Source: an uncultured Verrucomicrobiales bacterium
GTDB lineage: Bacteria > Verrucomicrobiota > Verrucomicrobiia > Verrucomicrobiales > DEV007
Direction: 5' to 3'
DNA: 27,256 nucleotides
Assembly (NCBI GenBank): GCA_938091905.1
Contig: CALKOM010000148.1
Coordinates: 1-27,256 of the forward strand
Under the pieces are notes generated by a model. That model was not told where the DNA came from, ran no database searches, and was given only the letters and a program-made list of their open reading frames with translations. This document shows, one piece after another, positions 10,101-17,900 of the stretch. The first letter of the stretch is position 1. Each line of letters starts with the position of its first letter. The position numbers were made by a program, and so were the translations under genes.

Positions 10101-12348
10101 CATCAACGAGCGGTTCATTGTTGAATCGCCATTCGTAGCTGAGAGGAGCGGAACCGGCAGCGACAACCGCGATCTCTGCCGCTCCTCCTAGGGGCGTCTC
10201 AATCTCGGTCGGCTCGGTGACGATGAACGGAGGCTCAGTTAGACTGATCTCGACATTGGTAACGCTGTCATCAAGATCGACCACATCGCTCGCGAAACCA
10301 GAAGGCTCAGTGCGTTGAAACTTGCCATCACCATTCGCATCGAGGAAGGCGTAGACGAGATAGCCTTGCCCTTTGGGGACACCGGTGATCTCAAAAGCAC
10401 CGACACCATTTGAACGTGTTTGGAAGAGTCCAGAGCCCAAGCCACGCGGATCGGCGTCGATGATCGCGGCATCGCCGCCAAGTTCGCCATCGAAGCCTTG
10501 CTCGGTGAGATCGGTCACCGTGCCGTCATCGAAGTTCCAGAAACCAGCCAAGCCATCTTCTGCTCCGGTGAGTGTGGTGAACTGGGACTCCTGAACCTCT
10601 CCTTGTGAAAAGGCACGTCGCCAGATGGCGACCTCATCGATCAGACCGGTAGAGAATTCTCCGGCCCCGCCAAAGGCACCGAAGTAGAGCGGCGATCCAT
10701 GAGCAGGAATGGGGTCACCCGAACTATCTCTGGCTGCGACTAACACACCATCGAGATAGCTTGCGAAGCCATCGGTGGTACCGCGCTTCCAGGTCATGAC
10801 CACATGGTGCCATTGCCCATCTGTGGCGTCTCCAGCAGAGATGCCAGCGGTGCCGCCATCATTGGAAAGGATGTGCAAGCCATTCCAACCAGCAACGATC
10901 CAACCACCGGCCTGCTGACGAACCGCAGACTGAATGGAACTCCCCTTGAACCAATACTCCACCGTGATCTCATCTCCGCTCAAATCGATTGGGGCCTCGC
11001 CGCCAGTGATCTCGGCAAAGTCACCGTCCCCATCAACATTCAGCGCTTGGTTCCCAGTCTTGGGAATCCACGTTTGGACAATCACTTCTCCTTCCTGTAC
11101 ACCATCGTATGTCGCGTTTCCGGCCAGATTCGCTCCATCGACGGATGCCTTTAGGAAAGCGGGCTCACTCGTCACCGAGGCGATAGCGTTCGTGACCACC
11201 ACGGAATAGCGCGCTTCATCAGCTTCCGCGAATGCCGCAATCGTGTAAGAGGCTTCGTTGGCACCAGCAATGTCCTCGTCATCTTTGCGCCATTGATAGG
11301 AAAGGGGCGCCGATCCCATCGCCTCTACTGTCACGGTCACAGAACTTCCAGGAACAATGCTCGCTCCTTGCGGCTGCGAGGTGATGGAAGGACGTCCCTG
11401 CAAGATCACATCGCTAGTCGTGTCACCAGCCACATCTGTGGTTGTCACGCCCGATGGCTCACTCGAACCGGGTGAGCCATCTCCATCAGCATCCAAGAAC
11501 GCACGCACCGTATAGCCAGCACCATCGGGAAGATCATTGAATCGAAAGCTACCAGGCACGTCCAGGGTTAGTTCGTCAAAGCCAGGGCTCAGCGCGGGAA
11601 CCACCGCCTCGACAATGGCGGCTTCCCCACCGAATTCTCCGTCTAGCCCATTGCCAGATAAATCGGTCGCAGTGTCATCATCGAAATTCCAGTAGCCTAC
11701 GAGAGCCTCTTTGCCTGCCTTGGTGGCTCCTAACCGATGTGCCCGCACCTCCTCGGGTGTCAGCACGCGTTTCCAAACAGCCACTTCATCCAATTCCCCG
11801 TTCGTGAACTCCGCAGTCCCTTGGAAGGCTCCCAAGATCAGATTATCGCCAATGTCAGGAATGGGATCGCTACCTCCATCACGACTATCAACGAGTTCCC
11901 CATCGACATAGCTACGAAAACCATCGGCCGCCCCTTGTTCCCATGTGAGAACGACGTGATGCCAGCGTCCATCGGTCACCACACCACTAATGGCAATGCC
12001 ATTGGTGCTTCCATCGCTGGAGATGATGTGTTGCCCATTCCAGCCCGCCACTAAGAAACCACCGCCGCCTTGCTGGCGCACGGCTGACTGTAAGGAGGAG
12101 CCTCTGAAGAAATACTCAACGGAGAGGGCGCTCCCGGAAAGATCGACCGCACCGACGTTCACGAAATCGCCATTACCGTCCAGTTTCAGCGACTTGTTGT
12201 CCGTCTGTGGCTGCCAGGCATCGAGACGAACGGAGCCTGCCTGGGCTCCATCATAGATGACATTTCCGGAGAGCGAACCCGCCGACGCTAAGTGAAGGGG
12301 GGCGCCCAGGCACAGTCCCACCGTGAGTAGAAAGATAGGGGTCTTCAT
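7165..12348 (-). CDS. Giant secreted protein: 5 LamG-like jelly-roll domains, 3 Ig-like domains, Ca-binding DxDxDG motifs and a C-terminal beta domain
   Basis: 1727 aa. Signal peptide. Four closely related LamG repeats (F(K/R)GSSxQSAVRQQ...VAGWN...WHH...DEV(A/S)xW...WNFDDG) plus one divergent LamG. Ig-like motifs (PLSYQWRKD, PLSYEWRFN, PLTIQWLKN). C-terminus DSDGDGVLDAHE...GTDPND...YYRVTVN. Confidence 0.9.
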   Translation of the reverse strand: MKTPIFLLTVGLCLGAPLHLASAGSLSGNVIYDGAQAGSVRLDAWQPQTDNKSLKLDGNGDFVNVGAVDLSGSALSVEYFFRGSSLQSAVRQQGGGGFLVAGWNGQHIISSDGSTNGIAISGVVTDGRWHHVVLTWEQGAADGFRSYVDGELVDSRDGGSDPIPDIGDNLILGAFQGTAEFTNGELDEVAVWKRVLTPEEVRAHRLGATKAGKEALVGYWNFDDDTATDLSGNGLDGEFGGEAAIVEAVVPALSPGFDELTLDVPGSFRFNDLPDGAGYTVRAFLDADGDGSPGSSEPSGVTTTDVAGDTTSDVILQGRPSITSQPQGASIVPGSSVTVTVEAMGSAPLSYQWRKDDEDIAGANEASYTIAAFAEADEARYSVVVTNAIASVTSEPAFLKASVDGANLAGNATYDGVQEGEVIVQTWIPKTGNQALNVDGDGDFAEITGGEAPIDLSGDEITVEYWFKGSSIQSAVRQQAGGWIVAGWNGLHILSNDGGTAGISAGDATDGQWHHVVMTWKRGTTDGFASYLDGVLVAARDSSGDPIPAHGSPLYFGAFGGAGEFSTGLIDEVAIWRRAFSQGEVQESQFTTLTGAEDGLAGFWNFDDGTVTDLTEQGFDGELGGDAAIIDADPRGLGSGLFQTRSNGVGAFEITGVPKGQGYLVYAFLDANGDGKFQRTEPSGFASDVVDLDDSVTNVEISLTEPPFIVTEPTEIETPLGGAAEIAVVAAGSAPLSYEWRFNNEPLVDGGSISGANSATLTLSDVTADNFGVYTVEVSNALGSVVAGALLSEQVSGFPIAGTVTFDGPIGRADDKALVLDGDGDFVETPITDLSGPELTIQYWFKGSSLQSAVRQQSGGWVVAGWNNTHILSHDGVTDGVAIGEGAVDGDWHHIALTWKQGSTDGFASYVDGVLIDARDSINEPIPAHNAALYFGAFQGAGEFSNGMLDEVSVWSRALSASEIASGYQNSLTGEEQGLVGYWNFNDGTATDLSPNNNDGTLNGDAAIVDSPFRNGAGTVYVQTARTKLNNQTLCVDGVDGHAVVEEITDLSGSELTVQYWFKGSSNQSAVRQQGAGWIVAGWNGQHILSNDGGTSGIPLGDGYNDGQWHHLVMTWKQDAANGFASYLDGQLVAARDSSSAPIPAHNAALYFGAFNGVGEFSTGCIDEVAIWNRALSQPEIQANWNKVLSGAEPGLTGHWNFDDGTVTDLSPGGNNGEAAGGATFESEDIPGLGGRTFSTAVAGGPGAYQLDNVPQGTDYVFTAYLDNNGNGQRDPEEPVGLYESNPVNVSGAINDLNITLQAAAFVVAQPQSVSANAGETVQLSAEATGSEPLTIQWLKNGQALADDDVVSGANTTNLTIAGARPKDIGQYTLHVSNRVSEFTSNVATVSLTNVTPAADVLFHWKLDEAGGASVSDASGNGTHGGLGSADGGAVTVAETGIASGNGISVDDAGGSGSGFAFLSGETETLPELNQFTLSMWVNQAADDAGVSTLASKGEAGDPFALAGAGGDLFWFAGGTQLVTMSGVMTPGTTQHIALSVDNVSVPNLTVIYVDGVEAGRLEDDGNFSDTDPSVFQVGAQSDAFGFKGLIDDVQLYSTALSAANITTLFENPGVALAEPIIEGGPGGDSDSDGDGVLDAHEVIAGTDPNDPTSVFRVATVSNAADGFVVTWQSVADKTYTIEFSTTMNGDWINVGTQASAGAETSFTDTDAGRLAASVGYYRVTVN
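8668..12190 (-). repeat. Four intragenic ~580-600 bp LamG repeats (approx. 11612-12190, 10460-11052, 9323-9903, 8668-9258)
   Basis: Near-identical peptide motifs recur four times. DNA differences in the segments compared look mostly synonymous. Boundaries are approximate. Confidence 0.8.
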
Positions 12349-12369
12349 GAGGTTTTATGATTCAGATTC

Positions 12370-12419
12370 CCAGATTGTGTGTCATGTCACCACTTTGGGG
12401 GACGTGACACACAATCTGG
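12370..12419. promoter_or_regulatory. 19-bp inverted repeat whose centre is palindrome copy 2 (12385-12404)
   Basis: CCAGATTGTGTGTCATGTC-12 nt-GACGTGACACACAATCTGG (18/19 complementary). The core reads CGTCCCCCAAAGTGGTGACA on the - strand. Confidence 0.7.
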
Positions 12420-12820
12420 AATTAGGAATTTCGAATTAGGAGTTCTTCTTTCTCAGCGTCTTGCAGATGCTGCCGGTGAGTTTTAGGAGTTCATCACGAT
12501 CTTGGATGATCGAGTTGAATTGCGTGTCTGAAAGTTCTCCCGAATCATGGAGCAGACGGAGCCAGTAGTGCGACTCAAGCGCTTCCTTGTAGGCGATCGA
12601 CATCTTGGACAGGAAATCGCGCTCAGACTGTCCACCAATCGCTTCCTCAACGTTCGCACCCACCGAAGTCCCAGACCGAAGCAATTGTTTGGAGAGCACG
12701 AATTCCTTCTTTTCTGACTGCAACCACTTGGCCAACTTCACCACCCGCAAAGCAAAGGCATAGCTCTTTTCCCGAACAACATTGTCTTCTTTCAAATTCG
12801 TAATTATTTATTCCTAATTC
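12419..12820. repeat. Imperfect 26-bp inverted repeats made of GAATTAG-like heptamers flanking the four-helix-bundle gene
   Basis: 12419-12444 GAATTAGGAATTTCGAATTAGGAGTT versus the reverse complement of 12795-12820, GAATTAGGAATAAATAATTACGAATT: 20/26 identical, outer 11 perfect. Confidence 0.7.
12436..12795 (-). CDS. Four helix bundle protein (23S rRNA intervening-sequence protein family)
   Basis: 119 aa, TTG start. KSYAFALRVVKL, LSKQLLRSGTSVGANVEEA, S..DFLSKMSIAYKEA.ESHYWLRLL. Confidence 0.9.
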   Translation of the reverse strand: MKEDNVVREKSYAFALRVVKLAKWLQSEKKEFVLSKQLLRSGTSVGANVEEAIGGQSERDFLSKMSIAYKEALESHYWLRLLHDSGELSDTQFNSIIQDRDELLKLTGSICKTLRKKNS

Positions 12821-13440
12821 TGAAGATACTTCGCCACAGCCTCCGCCGCTGAGCGGGCATGAAGCTTCTCATAGATCCGCCGGATGTAGGTCCTCACAGT
12901 CTCGGTGCCAATACCGAGTTCCTCAGCAATCTCTTTGTACTGGTAACCACTTGCCAGACACCGGAGGACCTGCTCCTCCCGAGCCGAGAGCGCTGCGGTC
13001 GCATCCTTGGGCTGCTTATCCTTGTGAAAGGACTGAACGACTTTCCTGGCAATGTGACCACTCATTGGAGAGCCGCCTTGACTGAGTTCCTCAATAGCCT
13101 CCAAGAGCTCTTGAGGATGTGCGCGCTTGAGAAGGTAGCCGCTAGCTCCAGCGCTGAGCGCGCCGAATACGCTATCAGTATCTTCATACACGGTCAACAT
13201 GAGAACCTGGGTCTTCGGCATCTTCGGTTTCAACTGGCGGACGCACTCCATCCCGTTCATGCCAGGGAGATTGATATCCATGAGAATCACGTTCGGTTCT
13301 AGGTTTGGTAACTCTTTTAGGGCCGATTCCGCATCGGGAAAACTTGCCACGAACTGGAGCTCCTTCTGGCGCTCTATCATACGCACCATGGTTTCGCGGA
13401 GCCGTGCGTCATCCTCTACGATAGCGATACTGATAGGCAT
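12814..13440 (-). CDS. NarL/FixJ-family response regulator (receiver + LuxR HTH)
   Basis: 208 aa. IAIVEDD, ILMDINLPGMNG, GASGYLLK, LSAREEQVL...GYQYKEIA..LGI..ETVRTYIRRIYEKL. Confidence 0.95.
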   Translation of the reverse strand: MPISIAIVEDDARLRETMVRMIERQKELQFVASFPDAESALKELPNLEPNVILMDINLPGMNGMECVRQLKPKMPKTQVLMLTVYEDTDSVFGALSAGASGYLLKRAHPQELLEAIEELSQGGSPMSGHIARKVVQSFHKDKQPKDATAALSAREEQVLRCLASGYQYKEIAEELGIGTETVRTYIRRIYEKLHARSAAEAVAKYLQN

Positions 13441-13443
13441 GGG

Positions 13444-14946
13444 TTAGGAGGTTAGCGGAAGCTCGAATTCTACGCGTGTGCCCTGAGAGGCGTTGCTTTC
13501 GATGCGAAACTGACCTTGTACGGATAGCATACGATCGCGCATGTTGGGCAACCCACAACCATAGCTTTCTCGCTGGGCGGAGTCATCGAACCCGTGACCA
13601 TCATCCTGAATCACTAAAGTTAGAGACCCATCGCTCACCGTCATTCGGATCACACACTCCGAGGCCGAAGCATGCTTGACGAGATTGTTGAGCCCCTCTT
13701 TGAAGGCCATGAGAAAATGATGGCGAACATCTGGAGAGACAGCACAATCTGGCAGCGAGGGCGGGAAATCGAGCCGGAGCCGGATCTTTGCCGTCTCAAG
13801 GTATTCCTGAGAATAGCGGAGAAGGTAGCTGGAAAGAGCTTCTAGTGAGTCATTCTTTGGGTCCACTGCCCAAACAATCTCATCCAAGCGCCCGACGAGT
13901 TCACGTGCTGTCGAGGAGATTTCTTCTGTGAGCGCTTGCGCTTCTTGGGGGTTTTCCAATTCGTCTGCAGTCATGGCACCTAACAGTCCCACGCGTGTTA
14001 AGCCAGCTCCAAGATCATCGTGGATGTCTTGGGCGATGCGAGCCCGTTCGCGTTCCAGGGCAGTTTCTCGCTCGAGCCGGGCGATGCGGCGCTGCTGGCG
14101 ACGACGTTCTTTGATTCTCAGCCCCACCGTGACACCGCTACCCAACAAGAGTGAAAGAACGCTCACGAACCATACGCGTTGCCACAGTGGTGGAGAAAGG
14201 ATCGCCGTATTCTTGACAAAGAGTCGTTGAATCTGTTCGTTTGTAAGACTCCCTACCCAGATTGCGAACTCGTCGATCTCGCCTTGAAACGAATCGCCAA
14301 AGAAATCGGGTGCCCCTCCGACACTTGCCTTGGGCAAGGCATCTGCCAGGGTAGTCACGGGCTGCATAACAGCAATTTCTTTCGCGTCAACGGATAGGGC
14401 AAGACGCTGAGCGTTCGAATCGAACATCACGGTGTACATGTGCCAGTTTCCGTCTGCCGGAAAACGCGTTTCAGAATCCAAGTCGCGTCGCTGTCGGGTA
14501 CCGTCGCCTTCCCAGAAATAGATGGAGTCGTTGAAACAGATGATAAAGCGTTTGTCATCGAAGATCTCCGCGCGCCCTCCGAATCCCCCAAGGATGGCCC
14601 CATCCGGAAGTGGTTCAGTCAGCCGTGCCCACAGATTGATTGTCCACGACTCTCCTTTGGCCGTTGGAATGTTCGTTACCGAGTGACAGACGATCGATTC
14701 ACCACTCTCCAATCGGATAGCCGCGCCGAAGCGCCCGTCCACAAATCTGGGGTTGCCGTCTTCTGAAAACACTCCGCCGTTGTTGCTGGAGGATGCATCA
14801 GCCAGCGACCCTTCGAATTCCCAATGCAGCACTTTCTCTGCGCTCATCGCTATTTGCGGCATAAAAAATAGCATACATCTGAGGCCCAAGATAGTCTTGT
14901 CCCCGAATCTGGTGACAGTCGGTCGGCGAAATCTACGGACTTTCAT
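13444..14946 (-). CDS. HisKA_3-type sensor histidine kinase with extracytoplasmic LamG-like domain
   Basis: LHWEFEG...WHMYTVMFD...FQGEIDEFAIW (LamG), one TM segment (VWFVSVLSLLLGSGVTVGL), H-box ERARIAQDIHDDLGAGLT, EGLNNLVKHA, DDGHGF, GCGLPNM. Start uncertain: the track start at 15000 overlaps the CotH gene, so ATG 14946 or a later ATG is more likely. Confidence 0.9.
   Translation of the reverse strand: MKVRRFRRPTVTRFGDKTILGLRCMLFFMPQIAMSAEKVLHWEFEGSLADASSSNNGGVFSEDGNPRFVDGRFGAAIRLESGESIVCHSVTNIPTAKGESWTINLWARLTEPLPDGAILGGFGGRAEIFDDKRFIICFNDSIYFWEGDGTRQRRDLDSETRFPADGNWHMYTVMFDSNAQRLALSVDAKEIAVMQPVTTLADALPKASVGGAPDFFGDSFQGEIDEFAIWVGSLTNEQIQRLFVKNTAILSPPLWQRVWFVSVLSLLLGSGVTVGLRIKERRRQQRRIARLERETALERERARIAQDIHDDLGAGLTRVGLLGAMTADELENPQEAQALTEEISSTARELVGRLDEIVWAVDPKNDSLEALSSYLLRYSQEYLETAKIRLRLDFPPSLPDCAVSPDVRHHFLMAFKEGLNNLVKHASASECVIRMTVSDGSLTLVIQDDGHGFDDSAQRESYGCGLPNMRDRMLSVQGQFRIESNASQGTRVEFELPLTS
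14898..14917. promoter_or_regulatory. Putative regulator-binding palindrome, copy 3
   Basis: TGTCCCCGAATCTGGTGACA, about 60 bp upstream of the CotH start. 16/20 identical to copy 2 read in its gene's orientation. Confidence 0.6.
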
Positions 14947-14978
14947 GCGGATAAGACATACAGTCCCTTCACTACCTG

Positions 14979-17900
14979 ATGAAACCCTTCGTTCAATCAC
15001 TCATCGTCCTGCTGTTCTTGATTCTCTCAGAGATAGCTCAATCTACGCTTACAATCTCAGAGTTCTTAGCGTCTAATAATGTGGAAACTTTCCTCGATGA
15101 GGACGGAGAGGCTGTTGACTGGATCGAACTCCACAATTCAGGTGAGAGCGCGATCAATCTCGCCGGCTACGTCCTAACGGACTCGCCTACACGTGCCAAA
15201 TACACGTTGCCCGAAGTGATGCTAGCGTTAGATGGGTACCTCGTCGTCTTCGCTTCGGGCAAAGATCGATCGGAGCCAGGAGCGCAGCTTCACACCAACT
15301 TTCAGTTAGACCGGAGTGGCGAGTATCTTGCCTTGATCGATCCCCAAGGTGAAACCGTGCAGGAGTTCGCCCCAGAGTATCCCGGTCAAACTGCCGACGT
15401 TTCTTATGGAATCGCTCAAGATGGTATAGGGGGCTATGGATTCTTGCCCACAGCTACCCCTGGTGCGCCTAACCAAACGCCACCGCCAATCATTGAAGGA
15501 ACCGACTTCTTTCCGAAGCCTGCCAATCCTGACGAACCGCTCACCATCACGGCCAACGTTCGGGCCACTGCCGCTGAGATCGAGGAAGTGTCGCTCATTT
15601 CACGAGTGATGTTCAAGAACGCCGCTACTACCGCCATGAAGGACGATGGTGTGGCCCCTGACGAGAACGCAGGTGACGGCATTTATACCGCGAAGATTTC
15701 TAACAGGACGTTATTTGGTCTCACCTTCAAGCCTGGTGAAATGGTGCGGTGGGCTGTTCGGGTGACAGATGCTGCCGGCTCTGAGGCACGCTTTCCTGCT
15801 TTTGCTGACGAAGCCAATGAAGAGTTTACTGGAACGATTCTGACACAGGACCCATTGGATACGAAGCTGGATGTCTTCCACTGGTTTGTCGAAGAGCCTC
15901 GAAGGGCAGAGGCCGCCGCCGGTACACGGAGTGCTTGTTATTACCACGGCGAGTTCTACGACAATCTGTTCACGCGGCTGCGCGGGGGTACCGCTCGTAG
16001 TTGGCCCAAGAAGAGCTTCAAAGTGGAGTTTCCTGAAGACCACCACTTCAAATTCGATCCCGATCTGCCGCGGGTCGATGAGTTCAACCTCAATGCCACT
16101 TATACAGACAAATCCTACGCACGGGCCATTCTCACGACCGAGTTGCATCAGGATGCAGGGTCACCTTCGCCCATCACGTTTCCGCTCCGTGTCCATCAGA
16201 ATGGAGCCTTCTACAGCGTGGCCTTGTTTGTCGAGCAACCCGATCGCGACTTTCTTCGACGCACTGGTCTCGATCCCGACGGCTCTTATTACAAAGCGAA
16301 TCCAGGGTCTTATTACAAGAGCACCGGGTCATTCGAAAAGAAGACTCGTCGCGAAGAGACCAAGGATGACGTGGGAGATTTCATCTCCGGACTCAATGGT
16401 CCTGGCGCCGACACCGTTTCGTTTCTCTTCGATCATGTCGACATCCCCGCGCAGCTCAATTTCATGGCGGGAATCGCCATCACTCAGAATATTGATGGGA
16501 GCGACAAGAACCATTTCCTCTATCGAGATACCGAAGGCTCAGGCGAGTGGTTCATGACACCATGGGACCTTGACCTCACTTTCGGTCCTGATGCCTTGAA
16601 TACGGACGTGATCATCGCAAACGAAGAGCGTCGGGGTGCAGTGAATCCAAAGGCCGTCCACCCTTACATTGGTAGCAATGCTCACCCGCTTCATGGTGGC
16701 AAGACAAACGAATTGCTCAACCGCATGTTCACCTCGTCCCGCACCGAGGAAATGTACCTGCGTCGGCTGCGGACGTTGCATGATCGGTTCCTAGCCACCA
16801 CCTACTTTGAACAGCGCCTGGACGAACTCGTGGATCTCTTTGCCACGGATGCTGCTCTCGACAACGAGACCTGGGGAACGCGCGCACACTTTGGCGGACG
16901 CCGAGAGTCGATGGAGGAAACCGTCGAGCGCATCAAGACGGAGTATCTCATTGATCGACGTGATTACTTCGAGCGCGGCGGTGGCGTTGGCATTCCCAAA
17001 TCCATGGCAGCCCAGCCCAACATCAAGATCGACGAGATCGAGTTTGCCCCAGCCTCTGGCAACCAAGACGAAGAGTATATCGTCCTAGCCAATCCGAATA
17101 ATTTCGCAGTGGACTTGTCAGGATGGCAATTGGAGGGGGCTGTTGAACACACCTTTGATCCAGGCACGGTTGTGGGCACCCCCAGTCTCTTTACTCCTGG
17201 TAAGAATATGATGTACGTTGCCAAGGATGCCCGGGCGTTTCGTGCTCGGACTGAAGGCCCCTCTGGAGGGAAAGGTCTATTCGTCCAGGGCAATTACCGT
17301 GGCAGTCTTTCTAGCCGCGGTGAAGAGATCCGTTTGTTAGACGATCAAGGGAATCTCATCACCACCGAGGTTTACGAAGGAGCACCCAGTGATTGGCAGA
17401 AACACCTCGTCATCACAGAAATCATGGCCAATCCGGGCGAGGCCTACGGCGAGTTTATCGAACTCACCAATACAGGTGACATACCACTCGACCTTTCCGA
17501 TGTGCGGTTCACTCAGGGAGTCACCTTCACATTCACCCAAATGCTTCTACCCGGCGAGTTTCTACTCGTGGTCCGAGACCGTGCCGCTTTTGAAGCTGCC
17601 TATGGAACTGGAATACCCGTTGCAGGTGAGTTTGCCGAAGGCACTCGCCTCAACAACGGAGGTGAGAATCTCAAGCTTGAGGATCCGAGCAACAACACCA
17701 TTTCCGAGATCAGTTACCGATTCGAAGCGCCCTGGCCAATCGCATCGGAAGGCCACTCACTCGTCTATGGAAATGGTCTCGCGAGCGCTGGCAACAGCTG
17801 GCGTGCTAGCGACACTGCAGGAGGGTCTCCCAACCAACATCAAGACGAAGGGCCCCCGCGAGATCTCATTAAGGAAGCCTTTGGGTTGGGCTCTCCCGCC

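Noticed and set aside
7165..12795. Diversity-generating retroelement (Avd-like four-helix gene next to a repeat-containing lectin-like gene and hairpins)
   Set aside because: No reverse transcriptase in the window. The repeats are all coding, and the segments compared differ at mixed, mostly synonymous positions rather than only at adenines. No template repeat was found.
12436..12795. True 23S rRNA intervening sequence
   Set aside because: The flanks are protein-coding genes, with no rRNA sequence.
14947..15000. Head-to-head overlap of the kinase and CotH genes
   Set aside because: It results from choosing the longest start. Downstream in-frame ATGs remove the overlap.
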